A DNA stretch of 64,000 nucleotides from Iphione sp. A-MEVVRFRX5 (Eukaryota), in contig OZ320313.1 in assembly GCA_976226885.1 (NCBI GenBank), forward strand, positions 46,500,001-46,564,000, in the 5' to 3' direction. Positions 1-13,625 of the stretch are shown here, piece after piece. The notes under the pieces are model-generated. The model saw nothing but the letters and a program-made list of their open reading frames with translations. It searched no databases and was not told where the DNA came from. The stretch's first letter is position 1. Every line of letters begins with the position of its first letter. Made by a program: the position numbers and the translations under genes.

Positions 1-310
1 ATTACTAAAAACAAGGGCAAGAAGAAACCTAGCAAGGACGCTCAGGCAAGACGTCCTGACGCCATAAAAGGTGCCGGACAAAATAGCCCTCCGAAGAAAA
101 TGGAAAATAAGGAGGAGAAACTGACCACGACAGCACCACAGATGTTAAGCGCTTCAGCTGCAAACGCTACAAACTCGACGGTCACAAATGGCATAGGGAA
201 GCGTTATGATCAAGCTATCACTACCACGCGCATGAAGGTGCCACTCTGGACCCAGGGCCAGCCTGAACAAGCCGCCGTATTCTACAAGAAAATCTCCGAT
301 ACAATGAGGA
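1..310 (+). CDS. Gene A, stalk exon (5' part outside window); Lys/Thr-rich extracellular stalk
   Basis: Frame 1 is open from base 1 (ITKNKGKKKP...TTTAPQML...SDTMR) and ends at a phase-1 donor A|gtaagt (310/311) that fits the next exon. Confidence 0.8.
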
Positions 311-556
311 GTAAGTGTCCATAATTATATATGAAAGCATGTGTATGTCTTACTTATGTGATATAAATCTTAACGTGAATAAGAAAACACTGACCTGTAA
401 CGATGAGACGACGACCAGCACATGAAAATATAAAGAGAGAAAAATGTATATTAGAACCAAATGTCTATATGTGCAGTGTACAAAGTGCATAATTATGATG
501 CGTATATGTGTGCGGAAATAGACAAACTGCATAGCTGTCACTGATGCTTTATTCAG

Positions 557-632
557 GAGGGATTGTCGGTGGAGCCGGTGGCTGTCTGGTTTTGGTGTTG
601 GGCATTATCGTTCTAGTTATTCTGATTAAAAG
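557..632 (+). CDS. Gene A, transmembrane exon
   Basis: Acceptor tttattcag| and donor AG|gtaaga; encodes GIVGGAGGCLVLVLGIIVLVILIKR (hydrophobic helix plus basic stop-transfer); phase 1 in, phase 2 out. Confidence 0.85.
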
Positions 633-1069
633 GTAAGATTCAATTACACATCTTTTTCTTTGCTTTTGCATTGCCTGGATGATACAACGTTTTAGTGAGA
701 AAAATAGAATGCAGTTCTCTTTCAGTCTTGTATCCGTTATCCAGGTATGATTCACTAACATGAAAACAGAGTAAGTGCTTTAACCTTAAGTCCGATTCCT
801 TTCAATATAAAACGTTCTACCCACCAGCTGCATATGCGCACTTCATAGAAATATTACATATAGCTGTAACTCAACTTCGCTTGGTACTTTCCAGTTTTAT
901 ATAATTATTCATATCACTAATACAGTTATTATAAGCCTACATTCAGAAACCGATAGACAAAGAATTCATCTAGACCACTGATTGCTAGGTTAGGCAATGT
1001 CTCAAAGTACCATTCCTGCTTCTTTCTTTTACTCATGCAACTATGTTCAGCACCAAATGAATCTTTAAG

Positions 1070-1946
1070 GTATCAGGTGAATGACCAGCACGGCCTCCAT
1101 AGGCGATTAACACAAGTGCTTTCCATTATCAACAGACGTCGTAACAAAAAGGACATCGCGCCACCGCTGCCCCCTGGTGTGAAGCCGGAGAACTATGACG
1201 ACATCATCCTGGCCTATGGTTCGAACGAAACGTCGCGCGGCTTTATCAACGTGGGCTTCGAGAACGAGTCCGTGCAGGACTTCTCGATGGACGCCACCAG
1301 TCAGGGTAGCGGGTCGCTGTCGTCGGGCGGCTGGGGCGGCACCATCGGCTCATGGCGCGGCCTGAACCCCATCGACGAAGGGCCCGAGATAGTCTACATG
1401 GACGCCAAGACGGCGGCGCCGCGCGACAAGCGTCGGACGCCGCCTCAAAGCGGAAGAGGCGCCGGCAGCGGCAAGGCCAAGTGGGTCAAGTCAAAGAGCC
1501 TGGACGACATTCGCCACACCATCCGCTACACACAGAGACAGATGGGGCGAGGCGGCGCTCGGCGAGTCAAGGACCAGGACCGCGAACCCTTCACTCTCTC
1601 CATGGCCTCCCTGGAGGACGACGTCCTGGACCGTCCCTCCTCAGCCAGCCCACCATCCAGTCTCAAGGCGCCTCGCCTCCAGGGCGAACTAGTCACTGGA
1701 GGAGGCCGACAGTACAGCACGCTCACCAATCTCACCCTGGAGGCCTGCCTGGCTCAGTCCGAGACGACGCTCTACTCCAACCCCTCGACCACCTACGAGA
1801 GTCCGGCCCTGAATCGACTCAACCTCGCCTGCCTGACTGAGGGCCATGCTGATGACGTCAGCAAAAACGGGGAGGCTGGGAGCAGCAGGGGCGACTCGCC
1901 CTACGAGACTGTGCACTTCCACCATCAGGAGGAGGTGGCCCTGTGA
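1070..1946 (+). CDS. Gene A, terminal exon; Tyr-motif-rich cytoplasmic tail ending EEVAL
   Basis: Long GC-rich ORF with stop at 1944-1946. The only nearby acceptor I found that matches the phase-2 TM exon is ctttaag|G at 1069/1070; exact start less certain than the ORF. Confidence 0.8.
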
Positions 1947-3492
1947 GGGAGAGGGCTGCCATGCACGCCATGCCCCCCTACCCCCCCCCCTGTACTGCCT
2001 CCGATCATAGATGAAAAGACAGTCATTCTATGTATATGTGCCAAATTTGAAGAGAAGACATGACTAATTACGCGTCTTTGACCTATTCCACTGTGCAGTC
2101 AAGGCTTCGCATGGTTAAAACTTGTGACATAATCACAGACTCAAAAACTCGTGCTAAAACAAAAGCGCGGCAAGGAGAAAATGACGTTATTATCATGTAG
2201 AAAACAACGCTGTCCTAGTCAATGCTTTTTTTCTCCGACTATGTACCCCTATTAATCTTAATCTTACAAGTTATCATACATATTAACATTTGCACGGTAA
2301 ATGTTACATTATACATTATGTATAAATGATATTAGACATTTCTACATTTTGTCTGGGACAATTACTTCTACTGCTTTACTTTTTTCATCATTCTCTATTG
2401 TTTATCAAGGCAGTCTGTTGATTCGCTACTTGTTGACATGTATACCAATTAATCAGATGTACTGAAGGTAAAGGCATGTACTCCAGTGTTCTCTGTGCGA
2501 AGAGTATATGCTGATGTAAATATGAAATATTTAGCTGGAATACTAGCATAGTCAACTTATATCCTCTCACTTTATGTTCTCCATGTCTGTCCGGCACGGG
2601 AAGAATCCTTAAAAGGGTTTTCTTTAAATGCAATCGGATCGACAAATCCTGCTCATCTTTGAATAAAACATTCTGCACTGTTTTAAGCATCCATCTTGTT
2701 AATACAATCAAATTGAAAAGTGTAATCTGTACGACTGCTACGATTGCAATCTTTCACTGAAGAAACAAACGTACTTTATTCCCGGAAACTTTGGAGGTTA
2801 ATGCCCGTGGGAGATTACGGGAAATCGTCTTACTGAGAATGTCAATGAACACGGTAAAATTTGTATAAAAACATAGATGCTTTAGACACGTAGTGTGGAG
2901 TAAGTTTTCAAGGCGGCCAAGCCCGTACTGTATGCCAGTCATGATTAACTTCAGAGAGAGGCGATGAATACTCCTGGAGCATTTGAAAACATTTCAAGAT
3001 CGTAAAATGATATCGTTCATAAAATTAGAAATATTTTGCCTTCTGCCATGAATCCAATTTCTTTCGTCGAATTCGAAAAAAAACATGGAAAATAAAACTG
3101 TTCGACTCACTTTAAAACGTTATTAACGAACCATTTCGTTGCTTCTATCGCGAATACACCTGCACCCGTAACCAAAATGACAATACGATGTCCTACATCG
3201 CAGCAGGTAAATGCTAACACACATATAGGTTGCACTACTTTAATTCATTAAGCAGCACGATCATGCAGCTATTACGGCCGAGGACACTGGAGGCCTCCGG
3301 GCGTGTCACATCGACGAGGGATGCTCGGTGGAGACAGGTTAGGTAGCACATGACGGGAAGCGGAAGTCGGCCGCTAAACGATGGTCGCCTCAAGCCTAAC
3401 CACACTGATGTAAGGCGGAGAAGGTGAAAGCAGCGTGGAGCGGCAAGAGGGGCCCCTCATAGACGAGGCAACTACACCCGATACGGCACCTC

Positions 3493-3583
3493 ATGACGGC
3501 GTTCAAGAGTTCACCAGCTGATACATGGAGGCTCTTTTTACTCATTTCACTTATTGGCGGTACCCAAGTCCTTGTCAGCAGAG
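3493..3583 (+). CDS. Gene B, exon 1; predicted signal peptide
   Basis: ATG preceded by an in-frame TAG (3460-3462); MTAFKSSPADTWRLFLLISLIGGTQVLVSR has a hydrophobic core; phase-1 donor G|gtaact matches the phase-1 SUEL exon. Not in the ORF track. Confidence 0.65.
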
Positions 3584-6500
3584 GTAACTACAAATCGACT
3601 TTTTTCTGTCTCGCTTACATTGGGGCAAAACTCTCCGACAAGTAATGGCGTTCGATCGCCAATTCATGACTCAGGTCTCTTGGTAGTGGTTATAACACCA
3701 GACGCATGCACGGGTACTAATCTTGATGTCGAAATTCACGCGAGGTTCGACAACAAACTGACGGACAAGATTTTTTTTTAAACTCACTCAAGTAGGCTTG
3801 GCTGACGTGATGATATCCATTAACATTACCGTGTCAATTGTTAATAAATGTTGTTTAGTGATCAAAAATTATCAAGTGCATGAAAAAAATGTTACGAAAA
3901 CATTTCTGAAACGCCTAACAGAGTTTGACTTTACCTGAATGATAAACTCTGTGGTTGAGAAAATCTTGAAGTGCTGCATAGCGTTTCCACCAAACTCTCC
4001 TGCCTGTGACTTTGTAAGCGTAAACATTTTTTTTCGCATCTTTACTCCGATATTACACGGTAAAAACCCCTTGCGCGATATTGAAAATAAATAACTAAGC
4101 TAAAATGTTCATCTTTTAACTCGGTCCAATAAATTACCTATCCAGTTCAACGGTGTTATTTTCGAAACCGACCAATCAAGTTCGCAATATTTTTGCAGTG
4201 AATTTTGCTATTTGCCTATTTATGTGTACATGTGCACTCATGTAAGGTCGGTGTACATGTATACTGTTACACTTTACATGAGAACAAATGTAGGAAAATA
4301 GAAGAATTCCCGTCTCACTCTGGACGCTGAACGAGCAAAGTATTTTTCCTGCATATTTTTCCATAGTCACCTAAGGATGACCACTACGTTAAGTACATCA
4401 ATTTTTATCACAGTGCACCTGCTGTCAATGTTATTATACAGTACACGTGTTTCGTGTATTCACAATACTCTTGTGCAGAACTTTCCTTCTATACACAATG
4501 CGAGAAAATGGCTTTTAAAAGAACAGGGCTATCTTCGATATCAATATGGAGTGTTGGTACGGCTTCTTATGAGTCATGGTTTTACTACAACTTTTCGGCG
4601 GAGCGTAAAACGACCATAATAGTCTTTAAGGACGTTAACCTTACAACTACCAAATTGACCTTAAAGCGGATGTTCTCAGCCTTAAAAACTTGTCACATCT
4701 GGCTAACGTGGCCTGATACTGCTCAGCAACGTAGCGATCTTAACGGGAGTTTTTTCCCCAGATCTAAGTATCTGTTGCAATGACATTCCCGTGGCATTGT
4801 TGAAATACGAACAACATATTCTCCATATCAAAATACCTCATGCGACCCCATTACTGAGATGTTATTAATACAGCGGCGGAATTCATACATGTACGTCGTG
4901 TCAGTAGCCTCCGGCCATTCACGGCCTTAAGACGTTCGGTGATTACGTGACGCATTACGGCAATGTGTTCATCTTTTAACTGTAAACGCTAAAGAAAATG
5001 TAGCTCATGGCCGTGCTTCAAGCCAAACTACTTCCAAATATATGTATACCATCTCTACATAATAACTGTGCAGAATATGCTGCGTTTACATGTAATAACC
5101 TGACCGCAAGGTATAATTCTATCGCGTTGATGCTGAGGACATTTAAAAACATACTAATTGACTACCTGGAGGCCCTCATTTATATCAAAAGGGTGGGTGG
5201 GGCGTTATTCAAGGTATGGATTACTAATTACATTTCTCTCTGTGTCTGGCATTTCCTTATTAAGCGCTATTAGCCGGGGCCAACGCTGTGTCATCAATAT
5301 CAGTGACATCGCACGGCACGGTTGGCTGGACCAGAGCCCAACGACCATTGTTCCTCCATACTTCATTCGAAACCAGCAGGGGGCGCACTGTTTTCTACCC
5401 CCTTCAGTCAGCATTATGGGTGTATATGGCGACGGTATCAAGGTTATGTCGAGGAATGACACATTACTCTTGCTCGTTTTACATCTTTGCCTATAATGCA
5501 TTCCGTATCATCGTCCGGTGGGAGATCAAGATGAAACAATGCTATTAACTTCTAGATGGATGTCTGGAAGGAGTATCTCCCCCCCCCCATCCCCCACAAC
5601 ATCTCTAAAGGCCATGGAGGCGGCAAAGGCAGCATTTCAACGGCGATCGGACTGATTCTGTGAAGGTCTACCAGTGGGAACTGGGAAGTCATTATTACAT
5701 ATTATTTTTTGTTTAGTTTGTGTTTCTGGCTCCATGTCGTCTAAAGAAGTCCATGGAAACAATACGTCTACTATAAGGGCTTGTAACAGCACCAAAATAA
5801 AACGCTTTAGTTTTCCAGCGTTTCCTGGTTAGATTTTGTCTTGAAATTTTGTTCTATTTATTTGTTGTTTTCATTTATATGCCCGCGATATATATATTTC
5901 ATTTATATGCTCCCCGAACGGGAAGCTGGCTCTTCTGAACCGCCTGTGGGGATGACAGCTTTCAGTACACAGAAACCAAGCATTCCTCTAAGCGCCAAAC
6001 TCGTAGACAAGAACCCTGGTCACAGAAATCTCCAGATTTCGCACAATTTTGTCCCATACCCGATTAAACTGACACGACGAACCTGTTAACCTTGCAGCCC
6101 TAAAGCATATTGTAAAAAAATTGCAGAAGACTCTTTTCCAAATGCTTGGACGAAAATGGATCGCAATTCATACTGATAAGTCCTTCCACGCAGGTTACGT
6201 CTGGAACTATTGAGAATGTTACCTTCTATAATAGCTAATGGGGTGCAGACAAAAGTCCATGGGTCTCTATCGATGTAGTGGATGCAGATGAATCGTGATG
6301 GTCATTACTGACAAGAAGCTGATAACTATGGTCAAGGTTTCCTCGACACAAACAGTATATGATTTCTCAGTAGTCTCACTGCAACAACAGGGAGAAAAAC
6401 AGAAATACCACTTCTATACATACTGCTTTAAGAGTCTATACTACACACCTCGAAGTGCTAGCTGTCTTCCTATGTTCTCACGCCAGCGGTGCTGGAACAA

Positions 6501-7921
6501 TAACCATTTAATTGTATAAACGTAAGCATTATGTACATATGCTGTACACAGAACCATAACACGGCGCTTATGCACTGAGGCTATACTTAACGACAGCAGA
6601 CCTCGAGGGTTCTTGGCTGTGTCGGACGGTCTTACCGTACAGTTTTACTTTCGACACACATAAATTGTTTACGTAGCGGAATATAAATTATATGCATCTT
6701 TTTTTCAGAGAAAGTCATTGTAAGAACGAGAAAATGCCTACATGTATCCCTCCGGATACGTCTTTCATGGATACAACTATGCCAGCGTTGAGCTCCTATG
6801 ACAAGGGCTGACCATTTCGGTCGAAACTCTCCATGCGTACCTAATGGCGAGGAACATTACATGTAAATGGAAACGATCGTATTACAAAAAAACTAAACAT
6901 TTTCTTGAATAATCATAGAAAACATCAAAAAGACAGATAACATGTGGACTGCCCCAGGGACACCTCCTGGACAAGTTGCTGTTCTCTGCTTTATATGACA
7001 AAAATGTCAAAAGAGAATGCAGAAAACTCAACGCTCGTGTCTCACGGGGAATGTCACAACATGTGTAAAAACGACGATCTTAAAACTGATAAAGAACTTG
7101 AATAACTTCTCCTGGAAAGCAAATTACAGCAATCCAAACAGGCTCAAATTTCTAAGGTAGTAAAAAAAGGAAGAAAGATGTTGTCTGCGATACCAACTTA
7201 CCAAAAAAGACTGCGTTAGGTTTGTTTCTATTTGATCAGGATAACAGACAGAGAAATATAAAGATGTTACGGTGGTTATTTAGGTGATGATATAACCAAT
7301 CGCATCGCGCGACAAACCTAACATCGACAAAAAAGACCAAACAGATTGCACACTCCAGTTTATGTAAATTGGAATTACCAGTGTATGATTGAAACGGAAT
7401 TAGGGGGTTGGGGGAGGTCGACATGGAGTATAGAAATGTATATGCGGCCGGACGGCAAATAAGTAGGGAACCAACAAAAGGGCGTCTGTTTGTATAAGAA
7501 ATACGCAAAAATTAGAAAGTTGAGTTGAGATGGTTCCTTGGGATTGGGAGGGGGCGGGCTTAAGATAGTTCTGATAAGCTAAAAGTTTAACTTCATTTGT
7601 ACTTTTTACACGAGGAAATGATGTGAAAACGTACAGTAATATGAGGAGGATACTACGACTAATATTGGTTTGGAAACCAAAATAAAGAAGAAATTGTTAA
7701 TATAACATACTTGCAAATCTCTAATAATACATAAACCTTGTCAAATTGTATCGACATGTATTTAGATGTATTAGCTTTATTGAATGCCTGGAGTATTTTT
7801 GACTAATTTTAGATCAGTCTTTAGGTTGTTTTTAGTTTAGTATAATAGAATAACAGTATTACTGCTGCTTTAAGTGTCAACACTGTATGTACAGCCCTGG
7901 TTGTAAACCAGCCTGTTGGCT

Positions 7922-7997
7922 GATGCCAGGTTCCTGTTTTAAAGAAATAAATATATACCAGATGCCAGGTTCCTGTTTTAAAGAAATAAATATATAC
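7922..7997. repeat. Tandem duplication, 37-bp identical unit, period 39
   Basis: gatgccaggttcctgttttaaagaaataaatatatac at 7922-7958 and 7961-7997. Confidence 0.9.
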
Positions 7998-10359
7998 ATA
8001 TGTATGTCAAGAATTATGTAGGATTCAATCTGTTATTTTCATATTGAAAGAGTACGAAGGTGAGTAGAAATAACTTAGCTATAGATTAAAGTGACCTCAA
8101 TACTGTACCAGAGAGGACTTTGTTACTACGGGCCTGTCTTTTACATTCTTCACATCAAACGTACACGAATTGGTTTAAAGTCGAAATTCTCCATCCTGCT
8201 CAGTGGTTACTCATACGTTTTTTTTTAACCTGACGGGCAAGAATAACTAGATCAAAATTTCACATAAACTAGAAGACGGTGCTACAAGTAAGAGATCAAA
8301 ATGGTGCATTTAAATTGTGATCGACACATGGTGCTGACCGAATCCTGGTGCTGGTAATACAAATAATCTCTGTATCACTAGTTCTGTAGCTTTATAGCAA
8401 GTACATTGTCCCCATATGTAAATGTTCTCTCGTACCCTGAAAAGGGGCCTTTAGAGAAATAAAATCATTGTCATTGTCACTACATATAGGTTGTTGACCG
8501 GTAACCTATTGATCACACTCTCCTAGAGTGATTTTACAGGTCCTTTCCGCTACAAGTATACGAAGCCTAAAACCGTCTGGAAAAAATTAAGTCCTGATAA
8601 TATAATTCTGTTTCGATACCTGGTATATTTGCTAACAGTTTTACTAGTGAACATCGCCAAACACCCAATGGAAGCTCCAAGAAGTTTTCCTTTAACGAAA
8701 TTTACTTCAGTTCTCTCCTCAAAATAACACTGCAAGTACATTGTATAAGCCATATGAGCGACAACACCAACGAAGACCATTCATTGATTGTTTTACAAAC
8801 ATCATCTATTGGACAACGATCCTGGTGATTAGCCAGATATCCTAACCAGACATCATGGATCAAAGAGGCTGCTAGCACGTGCTTCATACAGCCCCCTATA
8901 GTCATACGTAAATGTACATACAAATGTAAAATTCATCTAATCAATCCCTCATCGTCGTAATAAGACAGGCTACTCTTAACCAATGTGGCAGGCGGCCTAT
9001 TGGTCGATGCAGCGTCAAACATCCGGCTCCAAAAAAAGCCTTTCACTGCTGGAAGGTTGCTCCATGGTGGGATGACTGTCCTGTCGTGGACTTTTTTGTC
9101 TTGGCATTCAAACAAGACTACATTAGCAGATTTAAGACTGTTAAATCTGTTTCGGACATGCATATGCAAATTGAGAATGTCAGTACAGCTACGAGCCTCT
9201 TAAACAGAACGCCAAACACGGCGATAGGAGAGGCGGGCTGCCCGTTAGCTCATTGGCGCGTCGGGCTCCTCTTTCAGCGTCTTTCATGTTTCTCATTAGT
9301 TCAAGTCACCTCTAGGATACACTGTTGGACAAACACTATCTGAAGAACATATCAAATTGTACTGTTCGCGTAGCTTCTGTTACAAGACATACTTCGAGGT
9401 GTACGTGCGGCTGCCCCTATCCTCTGTGACACACAAGAAATATGTAATGTGAATGGTGCACGAGATGACTGGTTCGGCTCAGCTTCTTACTACCACCTCT
9501 AGTATGTGACAGCTTGATAGTCTCACCGCCACAACATGCAAACGAAACAAATGAAACTGTTATCCTCTCTGTTTCCATATTTAGTGTGTCTATAGCTTCT
9601 AGATATATCCACTTAAGGCAACTGTAGAAATGAAAAGCCCGTGTGTGCTGCACAGCACTCGTTCTTTTGGTTTTCACGGAAGTGGGTTGACTGTTTGAAA
9701 GATGGAGGGTCAGAACGTAGTTTTCTTACTTTCCACCTTTCCAAGAGGTGAGGGAGCAACAAAGAGTTTCAACAATCAAGCAAGAAGTTCCCCCCTCCAT
9801 CTAAACATCTCATTCTCACTGCAGCGATGTTAACTCTACTCATTACCAAGCAACACGAATGTATGTACTGTAGATAACGGTTTCAAATTTCCTCTTTATG
9901 TAGTCCAATATATGCAGTTGTTTACTCAACCGAAACACACCTTTACTGATCTGACGTTGTGACTGTAGCGCACAGACAAGGTTATTCATCCTCACACAAA
10001 TGGTGCATTTAGCTAAAATGCACTGCCTTAACATTTGATAGGCAGAGAGTTATAAGCACGAAAAGGTTTATTTCGTTGCGATAGTTATTTTCAGTACATC
10101 CTACTGACTGCCTTTATTTACCTAATTTTTTATCTTTTTCTGTGTCTGGCACTATCTTTAAGTCTATAAACCATAAATATGTTAATTTCATTAGGGGGAA
10201 GAAATGTCTATTTTTTTAAAAAAAGTATGTCTTGAGGCATAAGAACATAGGCATTGTTCAGGCGGAGATACAATCTTTAGTTTGCCGCAAAAATCAGAAC
10301 AGTATCTTTACAGATGCGAACAACACTTAACATCACTTTATGTTTGCTTCTGAATGCAG

Positions 10360-10647
10360 CTGATGACAGGCAAAAGCCCGCACCACCTGATGTCCTGGAA
10401 AGGCGTCAGTGTGTTGGAAGGATGTTGAAGCTGGGATGCGCATCAGACAGTCTCATTCAAGTCACACGCATGTGGTATGGGCGCGCTCCCTCGGACTGTG
10501 AACGCGGCCACGAGGTGTGCGGCGCCCTGAACAAAGGCTTCCACCCATGCTCCGGCCTCCGAGCCTGCCTGTGGGCAGTGCCCATCAAAGTCCTGCCAGG
10601 CTGCGGGCGAGCTGACTACATAACAGTCACTTACACGTGTGTAAAGG
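10360..10647 (+). CDS. Gene B, exon 2; SUEL/Gal-lectin (rhamnose-binding-lectin fold) domain, divergent
   Basis: Acceptor tgaatgcag| and donor G|gtaagt; 8-Cys pattern QCVG..LGC..WYGR..DC..VC..PCSG..AC..GC..YITVTYTC. Confidence 0.85.
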
Positions 10648-11030
10648 GTAAGTGTGTGACAACATCACAGTCACTCACACATGTAAGAAAGGGAAAGTGT
10701 ACACCTACTGGACAGTCTTTTATACATGTATAAAAAGTAAGTGCACAAATACATGGCAACCATATACATGTGTATAAGAAGTAAGCACATACCTTCATCA
10801 TATAGACCTGCTCATATAAAGGTAAGTATGTAAGGTACATGTGAGATTACATTACAGCCACTTAAATGTGTGAAAGGTAAGTGTATGACGACATTACAGC
10901 CACTTACACATGTATAAAAGGTAGGTTAGTGATTTCATTAACATCACTTCCACATTTGTGAAAGGTAACAATAGAAATACATGACAGCACTTGCATATGT
11001 ATACAAGGGAAGTATATGTAAGTAAAGGTA
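10618..11030 (+). repeat. Degenerate ~44-bp minisatellite derived from the SUEL exon end plus 5' splice site
   Basis: About 9 units resembling acat(a/c/t)acag(t/c)cacttacacatgt(g/a)taaa(g)ggtaagtgt..; unit 1 is the real exon/intron junction. Confidence 0.8.
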
Positions 11031-12966
11031 CAGGAGTCGTCCCTTACACAAGTACAAGTAGTTCCTTAGAAATTCTAAAGGGTTGTGTATGAATAGGTGC
11101 TTACATAAGTATAGCAGGTGAGATTATGAATCTTTCCTAAATATGTATACAAGTCAACCGCAGTGTATATGAAGTCTCTTCCACATATATAAAATGTAAC
11201 TACACGTACATGTGTATGAATCGTTCTTTACAATGTAAGTGTAGCAACTGCAGTGCATGTATATGTATTTCTTTAAACGTATCAATGGAAATAGTAGTCT
11301 TAGTATCAGAATAGCGACCTCACAAATCAGGTTACGATGGTAACGTACGAAGGCATTTGGAATACGTGGAGACGAAACCAAAACAAATTCTCACAGAGAG
11401 AGACACAAAGACAAACAGACATACAGAAAGACAGAAACACGAAGACAAATAGAGTCAAAGAATGAAAAGGGTGACATGACCAATATTTCAGTTCTATGGA
11501 TCTCCACCAGAAACATCTCGGCAGGTTGTTTCCAATACCAGTAGCTCTATCATCCCCCTTCATAGGGCACGTCAATATATTTGCATGGCAAAGGCTTAGG
11601 ATCATCATAAATACTGTCGATTTCTGTGAGTAAGTGAGGTTCCTCTTACATAAAAACTAAGAACACAATCTCTGTGTACAATATATAGCAGACGTTCTAC
11701 TGACAACGTGATATAAAAACTGGACATCTCGATTGGTTCTGAAAATGGTGGGAGAAAATTGGACGGAATAGGTAATCTGGTTAACGGTGAAGCGAATTTG
11801 TATAATTAAACGAAAGAATGTTTCCGCCGAAGTAAAAAAAATGTAAGAGCGAAGTGATGTTGAGTTAATATGTATTAATGAAATTGAAGTCAGCTGTCAA
11901 ACGCTTCATCCAAAGGAGAAAGGAATAGAAGCCTATGCTGTCACAGCTGCTGTTAGAATGATGCATCATGAGATGATGTGGAGACCATGTGGTGCATTTA
12001 ATTACTGTGAGGCCGACTAAACATGGCAGGCTTTTCCACTAGGGTTACCGCAGCAAGTTTAATGCTTTATCAGATTAAGCTAAAGACGTTCTTGTCTGAG
12101 ATCGTTCGAATATATATACATAATTAATTTGTGTAGCTCGCCTGATGTGAAATTGAATGGGCGTCAGACAAGCTTAAATAAGATTATCAAAATCTATCCA
12201 GAAAACCGGTCTGAGATTAATTTACACTTAAGGCTCCTCCTCCTCCTCCTCCTCATGATAATCTGGCCAGCCACGCACCGTGAAGGAAGGAGTATTCAAG
12301 CCTGTTGGATGTAGATCACACTCCGCTTAAAAAGTAAAGGAAAACTCCGTCTAGGGGGAGGCAGATCGAGGCTAGACATGTATGCAATTCGACGCATGAA
12401 CTTTCTCACGCGATCTAATGACACAACTGACGCCGGTGATCACTGGGTCTACGCACACAGCTGTGATGCCGGAGTGGCTCACCAGGTGGCAGCATAATCC
12501 CAAGTGTCAGACCACCGGTCAAGGCTGGTCATCCGGCCTCCATGGCCTCTCCAGGTGAGCCACCAGACCCTTCTGACCCCCTGCCATGGTTGAACGTCAT
12601 GCCACATCCAACCACACTACTCTAGCTTCCTAGAGAAGCGCGTGTAAGCACACAGTTCAGGATCTAGCTGGTTTACCGTAGGTTCCTTGGAATACTTCAA
12701 TTAATTGGGATTTTGAAATGTGATAACATCCTGCAGGAGAATAGGCAACATCTAACTGGGTTATCCCTCTGAAAAACAGCTACTGACTTCCGCGATATCA
12801 GAGAATCAATACAGCTACTGACGACTTCGAAATGTGTTACTTAACCACAAACATATTTTTTATGAACAAGTAAGGCCCTACGGTTAAATACCAGGTTAAA
12901 TGAAATTGTGTCCTACCATCCCCACTTAAGACTCTTTATTTGCTTTTCTTTCCAATCCCCTACCAG

Positions 12967-13350
12967 TAAACCAGATCGTAGACATATGCAGCGCGAGCGG
13001 CGAAGATCCCGATGGAATGCTGAAGACAGAGCGTGCTGGCTACATCGCCTCGCCGCGCTACCCACACCTCCTGTCGTCGGGCGCGCTGCACTGCGCTGTG
13101 CGTATCGCCGTGGCGGGCGCCGGCAAGGGTGTGCGCCTCTATGTGCGACACCTGGGGCGCGGCGACTGTCGCGGCACTATAGAGGTGACCGGGCCCGCGG
13201 GACGCGACCGCAAGAAGGTCCGTCTCTGCCCAACGACCCTGCCGTCGTCCGAGGAGGAGATATACAGGAGCAGCAGTGCCGAGTTCCAAGTGACCTACAC
13301 TCAGGGGGCCCGGGCCGCTCCGGCGAAGGCATTCCTGCTCTATTTCATAG
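12967..13350 (+). CDS. Gene B, exon 3; CUB domain
   Basis: Acceptor cccctaccag| and donor G|gtaaag; DIC...GYIASPRYP...HCAVRI...FQVTY...FLLYF is a CUB signature; phase 1-1. Confidence 0.85.
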
Positions 13351-13625
13351 GTAAAGCCTTCACACTTTTAAACACAATGAAGCAACGTTGTCTTTCAGTC
13401 CGTCTAGACATATACACGTGCAAGTTCTTTTTGCCAACAATTACATGTATACTATTACAAATCTCTCTTCGAGAATGATTCTCGTACAATTACAAGCAAA
13501 TGCACAGCAGCCACTGCATTTAATTTTTATGTGAAGAACTCCACAGGCTTTGATTCGATGCCCTAATCCCGTATTCCCCGGGTTTCTCTGAAATTATCCC
13601 GATCAATTGCCTTCTCATTTGAAAG

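Noticed and set aside
726-770. Candidate micro-exons in gene A (726-744, 745-770)
   Set aside because: 745-770 has an in-frame stop; 726-744 is possible but unnecessary, since 632 joins 1070 in phase directly.
10618-11030. CRISPR-like array interpretation of the 44-bp repeat
   Set aside because: Eukaryotic intron, degenerate head-to-tail units with no unique spacers, no cas genes.
12474-12566. Short inverted repeat gtggctcacc..ggtgagccac in gene B intron 2
   Set aside because: Only ~13 bp with a mismatch; no tRNA/SINE boxes or TSD found.
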